DNA of 64,000 nucleotides from Camelus ferus. Taxonomy: Eukaryota. The notes under the pieces were generated by a model. The model was not told the DNA's origin, searched no databases, and saw only the letters and a list, made by a program, of their open reading frames with translations. The position numbers and the translations under genes were made by a program. The stretch is from positions 10,294,001-10,358,000 of the forward strand of contig NC_045697.1 of the NCBI RefSeq assembly GCF_009834535.1. The letters run 5' to 3'. Shown here piece by piece: positions 13,900 to 27,230 of this stretch; the stretch's first letter is position 1, and each line of letters starts with the position of its first letter.

Positions 13900-16275
13900 C
13901 AGGAGCACCTCAAGACACTGCAGGTTCGGCTCGTGACCACCACAATAACGCGAAAATCAATAAAGCAAGTCACAGCATTTTTTTTTGGTTTTCCAGTGCA
14001 TATAAAAGTTACATTTACAGTATACTGCAGTCTACTAAGTATGCAAAGGCATTATGTCTAAAAAACTATGCAAACCTTAATTTAAAATACTTTATTTTAT
14101 GGCTAATTGCCAAAAAAAAACCTTCTTATATCATCTGAGCCTTCACAGCAAGCCCAGCTCTTTGCTAGCGGAGGGCTTTGCTGACTAACCAGGGATGGCT
14201 GCTGAAGGCTGGGGTGGCTGTGGCAACTTCTTAAAATAAGACAACAATGAAGTTTCTTTGCTGTATTGATTGACTTTTCCTTTCAAAAAATGATTTCTGT
14301 GTAACATGCAGCACTGTTTGATTCCGTTGTATCCACAGGAGAACTTTCAAATTGGAGTCAGTCCTCTCAAATCCTGCCATTGCTTTAACAACCAAGTTTA
14401 CGTAACATTCTAAACCCTTTGTTGTCATTTCAGCAATCTTCACAGCATCTTCACCAGGAGTAGATTCCATCTCAAGAAACCACTTTCTCTGCTCATCCAT
14501 AAGAAGCAACTCTTCATCTGTTTTACGTTTAATTACAAAGATAATTCATTCACATTTCATGCTTGACTTCTAATTCTAGTTCTCTTTCTATTTCCACCAC
14601 ATCTGCAGTTACTTCCTCCACTGAAGTCTTAAATCCCTCAAAGTTACTCCTGAGAGCTGGAATCAATTTCTTCCAAACTCCTATTAAAGCTGATATTCTG
14701 ATCTCTTCCCATGAATCACAAATGTTCATCGCATATAGAATGGTGAGTCCTTTCCAAAAGGTTTTCAATTGACTTTGCCCAGGTCAATCAGAGGAATCAC
14801 TCCATATGACAGTTATAACCTCACAAAATGTACTTCTTTGACTTTAAAGTCAAAATGACTCCCTGATCCATGGGCTGCAAAATGGATGTTGTGTGAGCAG
14901 GCATGAAAACACCACAGATATCTTTGTACATCTCCATCAGCACTCTTGTGTGACCAGGTACATTAACTATGAGCAGTAATTTTGAAAGGAATGTTTTTTT
15001 CTGAGCAGTAGGTCTCAATAGCAGACTTAAAATATTCAGTAAACCATGTTGTAAACAGATGTGCTGTCATCCAGGCTTTGTTGTTCCATCTATAGAGCAC
15101 AAGCAGAGCAGATTCAGCATCATTCTAAGGGCCTCCGGATTTTCATAATGGTAAATAAGCATTGGCTTCAACTTAACGTCACCAGCTGCATTAGCCCTAA
15201 CAAGAGAGTCAGCCTGTCCTTTGAAGCTTTGAAGCGAGGCACTGACTTCTCCTCTCTAGCTATTCAAGTCCTAGATGGCATCTTCTTCCAGTATGAGGCC
15301 GTTTCATCCACACTGAAAATCTGTTGTTTCGGTAGCTGCTTTCATTGATTATCTTAGCTAGATCTTCTGGATAACTTGCTGCTATAAACTAGTTTCTATA
15401 CTGTCAGCAGTTGCTGACTGATCTTGCACTTTTATGTTATGGTTTCTGTCCTTGACACCTCATGAACTAACCTCTGCCAGCTTTCTCTTGCAGCTTAGCT
15501 TCCTCACCTCTCTCAGCCTTCACAGAACCGAAGAGTTAGGGCCTTGCTCTAAATTAGGCTTTGGCTTAAAAAAATATTGTGGTTAGTCTGACCTTCTATC
15601 CAGACCACTAAAATGCTCTCCGTATCAGTAATAAGGCTGTTTTGCTTTCTTATCATTTGTGCGTTCAGTGGAGCAGGACTTTTAATTTCCTTCAAGACCT
15701 TTTGCTTTGCTTTCGCAGTTTGGCTAACTGGTGCAGAAGATCTAGCTTTCACCTATCTTGGCTTTTGACACGCCTTCCTCACTAAGCTTTATCATTCCTA
15801 GCTTTTGATTTAAAGTGAGAGATGCACAACTCCTCCTTTCGCTTTAACATTTACTGGCCACTGGAGAATTGTTAAGTGGCCTAATTTCAATACTGCTGTG
15901 TCTCAGGAAATAGGGTGGCACAAGGAGTGGGAGAGAGAAGGGGGGAACAGCCAGTTGGTGGAACAGTCAGAACACACACAGCATTTATCAATTAGGTCTG
16001 CCATCTTATATGGTTTGTTGCACTCTGCAACAATTACCACGGTATTATCAAAGATCACTAGTCATAGATCACCATAACAAATATAATAATGAAAGTCTGA
16101 AATATTGAAGAATTACCAAAGTGTGACACAGAGACATGAAGTGAGCAAATGCTATTAGAAAAATGACACTGAAAGACCTGCTCAATGAAGGGTTGCCACA
16201 AACCTCCAATTTGTGAAAGATGCCATTATCTGCAAAGGACAATAGAAAGAAGTGCAATAAAACAAGGTCTGCCTG
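13900..16275 (-). mobile_element. Near full-length Tigger1 (TcMar-Tigger) DNA transposon, degenerate
   Basis: About 2.4 kb with both TIRs (CAGG... and ...GCCTG). Minus-strand transposase fragments [27 protein letters not shown] and [18 protein letters not shown]. Confidence 0.92.
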
Positions 16276-17588
16276 CATCAATGCTAAAGGAAAAGAAAAC
16301 AGCTGAGTACAGATTAAGAAGGGATGGCTCTGTGTTTGTGTGTTTGGGGAAGGGGGTGTTATGTTTACATTTACCTATTTATTGGCTTTTTTTGGCAGAG
16401 GTGAAGAAATGAAGAAATAAAAGAAAAAGATTTAAAGAAGGTAACAAGACATAAACTACAGGGGTAAGCAAAGGCCAACAATCTGAATTTTAACAAAAGG
16501 GCAGTAAGACTCACTGAAAGGTTTAGACAGAGGAGTAACAGCAAGTAATAAGAAGTGCATTCTAGACAGATCACTCTAGTCTAGTTTTTATCCCTAATGC
16601 CCAAGGATGTCAGGCGCAGGCCAACAAAGTAAAATACAAAATGAAAATACATTCTCTGTCCTCAAAGAAACACTTAAACAAAGTATTGACAATGCATGCA
16701 ATAAAAAAAGTTACAGAAATATAATCAACTTATAGAAACAATACAGACCAGGGAGTGATTCAACAGCAATCATCTTTTCTTGAATATGTGTAAGCACACC
16801 TGACTGTCCTTTATGACTCGATTATCACATTCTGCTGATTCTTTTTTTGCAGTTGGCTTTATTTCTTTGATAACTATGTAAGTTTAAAAAGCTAAAACTC
16901 TAATCTATTCTTAGAAACAATTTTCAGTACACATAAGTAAACTAAAAAAATGTGCAGTATCTTGTATATATGTATTTACATGCAATATAACGTATATGTG
17001 CAAACTGTAAAAATTCTACTTAATAAAACTAAAAAAGAAAAATCAAAAAAGTAATCATTTTTAAGACTAGAACAAAATCCAGAATTCAACAATCTATAAT
17101 TCACATTATCTAGTATTCAATCAGAAACTACTAGACACTCAAAGAATCAAGAAAGAAAATCAATCAATAGAAATAGAACAGTAAGTGATAAAGATAATGA
17201 AATTAGTAGATAATGGCTTTAAAACAAATTTTATATTTTAAGTACACTCAAGAATTTCAAAGAAAATGTAAATATAATGAAAGTAACAGGAAAATACATC
17301 TATATATTTTAATATTTTTGTATGTGTCAATATATTTACATACATTATTTATGTATTGATATGTGTGTATATGTATATATGACGGGATAGAGCACAAGTG
17401 TACCAAGTGAAACTTCTAAAGGTGAAAAACATAGTATCTGAAATAAAAAATACAGTGAATGAGATTAGCATTCTGCTAATGATTAGACATTGCAAAAATG
17501 ATTACTGGACTTGAAGAAGAACCAGATTAGCCAAAATGAAGAACCAGGAGAAAAAAGAACAAAAACAGTAAAAAGAAAAAAGCCCTAG

Positions 17589-18076
17589 TGTTATGGGTTG
17601 AACTGTGTCTCCTTCCCCCCAAAAACATATGTTGACGTCTTAACCATCAGTATCATAAAAGTGACTTTAGTTGGAAATACGCTCTTTGCAGATTTAATCA
17701 AGTTTAAATCAGGTCATAGGATGAACCTTAATCCAATATGCCTGGTATACTCGTAAGAAGAGGGAAATTCAGACACACACACACAGGGAAAATTCAGTGT
17801 GAAAATGCAGATACACAGACACGAAAAGGAGATGACCATGTGAAGAATGAGGCAGAGACTGGGGTTATGTATATGCTGTCACAAGCAAAGCAACACCTGG
17901 ATCTATAAGAGGTTGGAAGAGTTAAGAAAGGACGCCCTTTTAGAGGTTTCAGAGGGAGCATGGTTTGGCCAACACCTTGATCTCGGCTAGACTGCAGAAC
18001 TGTGAGAAAATAAATTTATATCATTTTAACCACCTCGTTTGTGATACTTTGTTATGATAGTCCAGGAAACTAATGT
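17589..18076 (+). mobile_element. MaLR LTR (MLT1B/C-like)
   Basis: TGTTATGGGTTGAACTGTGTC...CAGAACTGTGAGAAAATAAATTT...AGGAAACTAA. Confidence 0.85.
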
Positions 18077-18742
18077 TCTAAAGTGACCTGTAGGACAGTA
18101 TCAAGCCTAACATATATGAAATTCTAGCAAGAAGCAGTGGTAAAAGAATAAGGAGGAGAGAAAAATACTTGAAGAAATAATGGCTGAATTCTGTTTTCCA
18201 GTTTTATGACAGCTAGAAACAACAGATCCAAGAATCTCAATAAACCCCAAGCAAGATAAAGGTGAATAAAACCTCACCAAGGCACACCACAGGCAAACTG
18301 CATTAAAAGCAGAAAGAAAGAAAAAAAGTCAAAGTAGCTGGAGAGAAAAAAAAAATTGTATCACATATGGAAGAGCAAAGATAAAAGCGAAACAGACTTT
18401 TAGGAAACTACGCAAGCCGAAGACAATGGAACATCTTGCAAGTGCTAAGACAAAGCTACCAAGCTAGAGCACGATACACAGTGAAGACCTTTCTATAACG
18501 AAGGTGGCAGCTTTTCAGACAAGAGCTAAGAGTGTTCACTGCCAAAAGACCTACAGTGTAAAAAACTAGAGAATACTGCAGGCAAAAGAAAAACAATACC
18601 AAATCGAAAGAAACATGAACCTGTACGAGAGAATGAAGAATGCCAAAAAAGGTGAAACAAGACTTGTTAATTTTTCTAAAAGACAACTGTCTAAAGAAAA
18701 AAATATCAACAATGTATTATGGGGTTTAAAACTTTTAAGAGA

Positions 18743-18860
18743 GGTAGGAGAGTACAGCTCAGCAGTAGCATGCACAAGGTCCTGGGTTCAATCCCCAGGA
18801 CCTCCATTAAAAATAAATAAATAAAAACACCTAATTACCCACCCCAACAACAACAACATA
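18743..18860 (+). mobile_element. tRNA-derived SINE (camelid vic-1-like), partly deleted
   Basis: AGCTCAGCAGTAG...GGTCCTGGGTTCAATCCCCAG..CCTCCATTAAAAATAAATAAA..CCTAATTACCC. Confidence 0.8.
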
Positions 18861-19009
18861 AAATTAAGAAAAAAATATATATATAACAAAAACAGCACAA
18901 AGAATGGGGAGAGGAACAGGAGCTTACTGTTTTAAAATTCTTGCACTCTATGTAAAGTGGTATAATATTGTTTGAAGGTAGAAAGTGAGAAGTTAAAAAT
19001 GCATACAAA

Positions 19010-22000
19010 AAAAATACAACAGTTACAAATCTATGTTAAAGGGCACACAATGTATAAAGATGTAACCTGTACCAATAACAATATAAAGGAGGTGAGAAAG
19101 AGATGTCAAGAGTTGAGTGTCTGTACATGATTGAAATGAAATTGGGTTGTCCAAACTTGGCTGTTTTGAGTTCATGTTAACTATATCCCTAAAGTAACAA
19201 CTAAAAACCTAACTTTAAAAAAATAAAGAAAATGGGAAAAAAGGGAATTAAATGGTATACTACAAAAACAAAACAAAGCATAAAAAGAGGAAATAATAGG
19301 AAAAATGACAAACAAAAAGCATGTAAGACAAAAGGAAAAGAAATAGCTAAATGACAGAAGTAAATTTTTCCTTATCAGTAATTAATATGAATCCATCAAA
19401 CTCTCCTATTAAAAGGCAGACATTAGCAGACTGGACTAAAGATTAAAAAATTTGAGAGTTAAAATTAAAAAAAACATAATCCATCTATATGCTGTCTGTA
19501 AGAGTATACAGACACTCACTTTAGACACAAAACACAAAGAGGTTAAAAGTAAAAGCATGAGAAAAGATACTCAATGCAAAAATTTTATCAAAAGAGAGCC
19601 AGGGTTGCTATAATACTGCAAGACAAAAGAGATTTTCCATTTTTAAAAGGTTACAAAAGGAAAAGGATACTACATATTGGTAGAAGTTTAACTCCACTAA
19701 GATTTTAAAAATTATGAACATACTCACTTAACAACAGAGCTCCAAAATATATACAACAAAATTGACAGAACTAAAGGGAAAAATAAACAGTTCTACAGAA
19801 ATAGTCGGAGACTTCAATACCCCCATTTTTAATAATGGATCGACAAAGAAGTAGAGACCTTGAACTATACTACAAACCAATTAGTCCTGGCAGACAGACG
19901 GAGAGCATTCCAGCCAACAACAACAGAATACACAACCTTCTGAAGTGCACATGGAACAGAAATAGACCACATTTGGCCATAAAACAAGTCTTAATGAATT
20001 TTAAAAGGTTGAACTGATATAAAGTATATTTTCTGAGCACAATGTAATGAAACTACAAATCAGTAACATAAGGAAAATTAGAAATTCACTAATATGTGTA
20101 AGTTAAACAATACACTCTTAAGGAATCAATGGGACAAAAAAGAAATCACAAGAAAACTAAGATGAAAGAAAATAAAACACAACAAACCAAAGCTCCTGGG
20201 ATACAACAAAACCAGAGCCAAGAGTGAAATTTATAGTCGTAAACACCAGTGCTAAAAAAAATCTTAAATCAACAGCCTGACTGAACACCTTAAGAAATCA
20301 GAAATAGAAGAGCAACCTAAATCCAAAACGAGGCAAGGAAAGAAATAATAAAAACTACAGCAGAGATTTTTTTTTTAATAGAGAATACAATAATAGGGAA
20401 AAATCAACCTAAACCAAAAAATTCGTTTCTTTGAAAAGATCATCAACAAAATTGACAAACATTCAGTTAGACTGACTAAAAAAAAAAAGGACTCAAATTA
20501 CCAAATTCAGAAATGAAAGCTGGGACATTACTACTGATGTTACAGAAATTGAAAGAATTATTAAATAGTAACATGAACAACTGTATGCCAAAAAATTGTA
20601 CAACCTAGCTGAACTGGACAAATTTCCTAGAAGCACAAAAAATAACAAAACTGACTCAAGGAAAAAAAAAGAACAAAAACAGAAAATCAGAACAGCCTTG
20701 TAACATGTAAGGAGAGTGAAATAATAATCAAAACCTCCCAACTAAGAAGTCAAAATCAGATGGCCTCACTGGTAAATTTACTAAACATTCAAAGGAGAAT
20801 TAACAACAATCCTTCTCAAACTCTTACAAAACACTGAAAAAGAGGAAGACTTCCCACTCATTCTATGAGGCCAATATTACCCTGATACCAAAGCTAGACA
20901 AAGGCACAAGAAACAAAAATCACAGGCCAAATGTCCCTTTGTAAATATAGATGCAAAGATGTTCAACAAATACTAGCAAACTGAATCCAGGAGTATATTA
21001 AACAAATTATACATCATGATCAAGTCAGTTTTATCCTAGGAATGCAAGGGCGGTTCTCAGTCAATTTAATAAACCACATTAATGACTAAAGGGAAAAAAA
21101 ACACATGATCATCGCAACTGATGCAGAAAGAGCATTTGACAAAATCAAACGCCCTTTCATGACAAAAATACTCAGCAAACTAGGAATAGAACTTCCTCGA
21201 CATAATGAAGGCCATATATGGAAAACCCACAGCTAACATATTCAATGGTGAAAGACTGAAAGCTTCTCCCCCCTAAGATCAGAAACAAGATAAGGATGCC
21301 CCCTAGGGATGCTTCCATTTAATGCAGTACTGGAAGTTCTAGCCAGAGCAACTAAACTAGAAAAAAATAATTTTTTTAAAGGCATCTAAGCTGGAAAGAT
21401 AGAAGTATAATTATCTTTGTTTGTAGATGACATGATCTTATATGTAGAAAACTCTATAAAGAATTCACACACACACAATAAAAACCATTATAGCTAATAA
21501 ACAAATGTAGTAAAGTAGCAGGATACAAAATCCACATTCAAAAATCAGTTATAGGGGGAGCGTGTAGCTCATTGGCAGAGTGTGCAGCTCATTGGCAGAG
21601 TGTGCGCTTAGCATGCATTAGGTCCTGGGTTCAATCCCCAGTACCTCCATTACAATAAGTAAATAAATAAATAAACAAACAAACAAACAAACCTAATCAC
21701 CCCCCCACCAAAATCAGTTATATTTCTATATACTAACACAATCAATCTGAAAAGGAAATAGAGAAAATTCCATTTATAATAGCATTAAAAAGATTTAAAT
21801 ACTTAAGAATGAATTTAACCAAGAAGGCAAAAGACTCGTACTGAAAACTGCAGAACACTGCTAAAGAAATTACAGAAGAAATGTAAACAAGCATTCAAAT
21901 ACTTGTATATCAATACTCACAGCAGCATTATTCACAACAGTTAAAAGCCAGAAACACAAGTGCCCGTGGCTGATGACATCAATGATGAATGAAGAAACAA

Positions 22001-22410
22001 AATGTGGTATACAAATACAGTAGAACATTATTCCACTATAAAAAGGAATGAAGTTCTGATACATTCTACAACATGAATGAACCTTGAATACATAATGCTA
22101 AATGAAATGAGCCAGCCACAAAAGACAAATGTTGTATGTTTCCACTTACATGATGTATCTCTGATGTATAAATAATGCAAACATAGAGACAGAAAATAAA
22201 ATAGTAGTTACTGGAGCCGGGAGGCATGGGAGAATAAGGAATTACTGTTCGATAGTTACAGTTTCTGTTTTGAGTGATTACAAAAGAGTTTTGGAGATAA
22301 TGGTGAACAGTATACAACATTGTGAACTCAGAGTGCCAGTGAGTTGTACACTTAAAAATGGTTAAAATAGTAACCTTTCTGGTATGTAATTATACCACAA
22401 TTTTTTTTAC
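19010..22410 (+). mobile_element. Nested L1 (endonuclease and RT region, internal deletion, then 3' UTR)
   Basis: EN/RT-like sequence (GGAGACTTCAATACCCC, TCATTCTATGAGGCCA, TTTGTAGATGACATGAT). Flanking near-repeat AAAATGCATACAAA (18996-19009) / AAGATGCATACAAA (22411-22424). Confidence 0.85.
21554..21709 (+). mobile_element. tRNA-derived SINE (vic-1-like) with 13-bp TSD
   Basis: A/B boxes; TSD AAAATCAGTTATA at 21541-21553 and 21710-21722. Confidence 0.9.
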
Positions 22411-24617
22411 AAGATGCATACAAACCCTAGAGCACACACGAAATAAATGAGATACTAGCCAACAGTAGAGATAAAGCAGATACTAAAAGTACTTAATATA
22501 TCCAAAACAAGTCAGGAAAGACAAAACAGTAAAAAAGAAAAGAGAAACAAGGGAAAAACAGTTAAACGGTAGGATTAAATCCAACCATACCAATAATTAC
22601 TTTACATGTTATATGGTGAAACCATCAATTAAATGACAGAATATTTGACTGCAGACCCAACTATACAGGGCATCTGCAAAAGACTCAAGAGCAGTTGCCT
22701 TGGGTTCAAGGAGAGAAAGGAGTAGTTTATACCCAAACAGTGATGGCAATGTGAGGGGGCCAAAGAAAGTGAGACTTAAAATAAGAGGCTTTTTACTCAA
22801 TGATAGCCAAGATTTACTTTATTTCATTCCTATGAAAACCAGAAAATGTTGCATGAAGACTACACACAACACTATCTGTTCCCTATGGCTTCAATCTAGT
22901 TTAAAACTTTGATTTTCAACCTATATTCTTACAGTCAATGCTCTTTTAACATGCCCCATAACCAACTTGTCAGAACTCATGCTACACATTCCCAAATAAA
23001 ACATAATGACTAATGCAGAGTGATACTAGAACGCTCCCAACCAGCACTTCTGTTCCCAGAAGTTGAGCTGAAGGCTTGCACAAGTTTTATTTGTTCTTAA
23101 ACCTACTGACACCAGCTGAACTTATTGTAAGTTAATGAAATTACTTTTTAAACCAATAGAATGAATGAAAAAAAAAGTTTCTAAAAATTAAATTACTATT
23201 TTCTATTTCCTTAGCTTCTTTCCCAGGAGATGCACAAAATTCACTCTTTAACTTCATTCCAATCTCTACTAAAAAAAATGCTTCCTTTCAAGGCCTTTCC
23301 TGTCCATCAAATATGAAGGAATATTCTCTGTATTCTCTATCCTATAACCATACTTCACCTTTTTTCAGAACATTCAGTCTGATACTGTATCTTTGTTGTC
23401 TACTTTAACCGTTAGGTTATAAACTCTATGAAAGCAGGGAATTTGTCTCAATTATTTTGGATCCCTAGCAGTTAGAAGAGGGCAAGTCATACAGCAGGTG
23501 CTCAATAAACACTTAGACGATTAAGAACGATTCCTTCAAGATAATCTGATTAAAAGGAGTTGCACTTCTTTAAATCTGGGTTGCACTCAGAATGCAAGTT
23601 TTTTGATAAGCTACCAATCCAAGTAGTATCAAATAAATGTTTCCCTATCTGCCAAATGAACTCTTCCCTAAATGCAAACTCTGCCAAAGCCTTATTTCCC
23701 ACCATTTCACATACACCTCCTTCATTATAACCAAACAGGGACACCAAGTCTCCTCTGAGCACCCCCTACTGAGTTCAGTTTAATCTGCTAAAGATCACAC
23801 TTAAGACAAGAGGGAGTACTAGGCTTTATGCTGTATGAATCTCCAATTTTTAACACGTCTGACACCCCATTATTAAAGAGCCCCAGTAAAACTCAAGCCT
23901 ATTACAGGGTGAAAGAGAAAACATGAAATCCATTTCCAAAGGCTCATGTCAAAGAAAATCAAACAATTACTACACATTATTAATAATGAGAACAATCATA
24001 ACTGGCCGAACAATATTTACAACAGGGCTTGACTGTGGGCTCAAATGATCCCCACTGCTTGGAATGTTCTCCTTTCCCACTGCCACCCATCAAATCCTTC
24101 ATCTTTCTTCAAGGTTCAGTTCAGTGCCATCTCTTCATTACATTCTTCAATTCATTCTTATCCAGACTGTTTGCTGCAACTGGTAGGAGGTCTCTCTCTC
24201 TCTCCTTTAATCCCCACAGAATCTTTAATTCAACATCCCTTAAGGAACTGTACACAAATAACACACAGCAACAGAATATGGCATATATATATTCTTCTCT
24301 GTTACAAGTCCTAGAGGGTAAAAATTGTAACTTATTCATCTTTACATTCACTAAAGTACCTTAGAAAATGTGTTGCAGATTTGCTAAGTATTTATTAAAC
24401 TCTTAAATTTATGTTCTTCCATATCACAAAGGCATCGAACTAACTGAAACTTAATGCTGAAGTTATATTGTTCTAACACTCTGAAGTAGGAAAGATCTTG
24501 GTTAACTCTTTTGGTTAAATGAATTAGTTGAAAGGAATGACTTAGATTCAAAATTTTATACTCTATTTGAGAATGAGAACATGTCCATTTCCTAATACTC
24601 TGCAAGTGATTACTTAC

Positions 24618-25343
24618 CTGAGACCATGGTCTGTGATCTGATAACATCCAGACAGACTGAGAAACAAAAGTACACGTCCAGTCTCTTGATCAGATTTTTC
24701 ACTCCCAGAGTAAATTAAGTCTGTTTCCCTAAGCAATCTCGTCCTTGATGCTTTTCTACACAATGCAGAAGACTCTGGGAGTGCTGACATAGTTCTTAAA
24801 GCTGTTCCTGTGCAACAAAATGAATGACCACAATACGCAAAGGCCGGTGAAGCACAATGCTGCTGCCAGCAGACGCTAGTCCTTAGTCCAACAATGTCCT
24901 TGCTGTAACAACCCGAGGAGGAACAACTAAAGTTGGATGCTGTTTCCATTACACAAAGACTTTCAACATTTCTGTGTCTCCACTCTACAGCATCTTCAAT
25001 ATCAGCCAAATCTTCAGCATCTAACATCCACACATATGGAGAAGTGAAACTTTCAGAAGAAACAGGCTTAGTCCAGGGATGTTCATTATCTATTTCTTCT
25101 CCAACGCCCTTGGTGGTCAAATCGTGCAAACAAGCATACTGGTTGGTGGGCTGCATGGTAATGTCTTTATTTTTCCATGTAGTCGAAGTAATTTTGCTTG
25201 TAGAAGTTTTCAAAAGGCCACTCTGATGAGATGTCAGAATTCCAAGAGCTCTAGAAATCTTTTCTAGAGCCACATCTGTGATTTTTTCACATCCAGATAG
25301 ATCAAGATGCCGAAGACTCTGGCAGCAACCAAGCCAAGACCAA
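24618..25343 (-). CDS. FBXL5: FBXL5 exon 9, LRRs and Cys-rich insert ([23 protein letters not shown]...ITDHGLR)
   Basis: Acceptor tatag|TTG, donor CAG|GTAAG, 726 nt; matches the 249-aa ORF 24614..25363. Confidence 0.98.
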
Positions 25344-25945
25344 CTATAATTCAGAGGTAACAAGACTATTAGTGGATATTGTTAAAATCTTCAAAAGCAT
25401 CTGATTACATGTAAGTAGATGGAAACTACAAGAAAGATTTTAAATCTAATATAATTAAACATTTACTGAATATCTATTGTCAGGCACTATTTTACATGTT
25501 AGGGATATGAAAAGACAGTAAGAGTAATTAGGAACTAAGAGTATCGCTAACCTAATGGAAGGGTAGGAGAGGAGAAGGGTATGGAAGGGAGAGACTGCTT
25601 ATCATCCTGAAAAGTAACCAGTAGAGGAAAGGCCGTACACACATGAAAGAAAGAATATAATAATTAGTGGAGTAAGATCCAGAAGAAATAAGCTCTAGGA
25701 ATTGGGAGAGAATTAGCCTTAGCCAGAGATGAGTACATCACTCCCGCTAAAACAGGAAGAGGTGGGAAAGAGCAAGGTAAGGTACAGTAAGAAGAAACAA
25801 AGTTGTGAAGAGTGTGGCTTAAAGAAAGTGTTAGAATTTCAGACTAATTATGAACAGTTTAAGAGGGAGCTTTGCCAAATGGTACTCGGAGCCTAACTGC
25901 GCCAATCTACATGGCTGCACAGCAAGGCTTAAAAGCCTAGGCAGA

Positions 25946-26139
25946 CTAGACATAAAAATAGATTAAAAAAAAATTTCTTCTGCATAGCACAGGGAACTAT
26001 ATTCAGTATCTTGTAATAACCTTTAATGAAAAAGAATATGAACACGAATATATGTATGTATGTGCATGACTGGGACATTGTACTGTACACCAAAGACTGA
26101 CACATTGTAACTGACTATACTTCAAAAGAAATTTTTTTA
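25946..26139 (+). mobile_element. Lineage-specific L1 3' stub with TSD
   Basis: ATAGCACAGGGAACTATATTCAGTATCTTGTAATAACC...ACATTGTAACTGACTATACTTCAA. TSD AAAAGCCTAGGCAGA (25931-25945) / AAAGGCCTAGGCAGA (26140-26154). Confidence 0.85.
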
Positions 26140-26388
26140 AAAGGCCTAGGCAGAGCACAAGATTATAAAGATGACAATGATACACGAGTTTTGGATCAGC
26201 TGGGATCTATGGACAAGAGGCAAAGAACTGGAGGGTGCTATCAAGTTACTGACATAACATGATTGAAATCTGATAGTAAAAAACCATAGTATAATTAAAC
26301 TCAAATTATGCAAATGAAAAATTACAGGAACGATTCTATTGATTCACAGTTAGAGATCATTAAATATAAATATTCAAAAATAACTAAC

Positions 26389-26471
26389 CTGTCAAATGCA
26401 GAATCTGAAATGTCAGTTTGGGTAAGATCCAGATGCTCCAGGTTAGGACAAAGCTCTAAAATCTGCCTAAC
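26389..26471 (-). CDS. FBXL5: FBXL5 exon 8, LRR ([27 protein letters not shown])
   Basis: Acceptor cctag|GTT, donor CAG|GTTAG, 83 nt; translated by hand. Confidence 0.97.
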
Positions 26472-26541
26472 CTAGGAAGGAAAAAAGTCACTATGAAGAT
26501 CTGTAGCCTTTTAGTTTTAGACAAGAGACATAATATTAATC

Positions 26542-26735
26542 CAGTGGTTCTCAAGCTTTTCTGCATGTAAAACATCACTCTGATTCTGCATTACAAATAT
26601 ATATTATATGATTAAGTCCCAGTGAATCTATTTTACTAATTGTAAGATTAGATCCAGGAAATTTATATTTTGAAGGAATACCCAAGGAGATGCTGATGTA
26701 GAATGTCACAAGATAGTCTTTTATAAAGCAGTGAT
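26542..26735. mobile_element. MER5-like hAT MITE
   Basis: CAGTGGTTCTCAAGCTTT..TGCATG..AACATCAC and CCCAAGGAGATGCTGATG. Confidence 0.5.
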
Positions 26736-27081
26736 TTATTCTCAGTTGCCCATCTTACCATGTCTTACATATTATAAAGAATCATATAAAACTGGGTTTC
26801 ATCACTTAATATAATCTGTGAAACTAAATAAATGATTTAACCTCTCTTAGTCTCTGTTTCCTTTTCTACAATGTGTAGACAATGATATCTATATACCAAG
26901 ATTACTATGAGAATTAACATGAAAAATATAAAAATTAACAGTGTATCCCTACCCATGATAAGGTACTCTCATGGGTAAATTGTTATTTTTTTTTCCTTAA
27001 TTAAACTTAGGAATAAGCAAGCCAAATGTAGGTCATTGCTACTTTTTCTTAATACCCAAACTAGTGCTAATTTATACATAC

Positions 27082-27230
27082 CATTTTGCTGGAAACTGCA
27101 GAGCTGTATGCTAATACTAAAGTTTTCACGGAAGTACCAACATACGGTAGAACATTATGAATTAAGCCATGGAGTAAACGTTTCTCCATCTGTGCAATGC
27201 TGATAGCAATCGATTCCTCTGCAGACTCTT
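27082..27230 (-). CDS. FBXL5: FBXL5 exon 7 ([50 protein letters not shown])
   Basis: Acceptor ttttacag|AAG, donor ATG|GTATG, 149 nt; translated by hand. Confidence 0.97.

Larger units (their letters stand above)
17040..22680 (+). mobile_element. Old L1 (5'/ORF1 to inter-ORF region) hosting nested MLT1, SINEs and a second L1
   Basis: ORF1-like ACAGATCCAAGAATCTCAATAAACCCCAAGCAAGATAAA; the host sequence resumes at 22421 (AAACCCTAGAGCA) after the nested L1. Confidence 0.7.

Noticed and set aside
14231..15752. Transposase ORF fragments as an active or domesticated Tigger gene
   Set aside because: Broken into short frames by many stops and frameshifts; an ordinary Tigger1 fossil.
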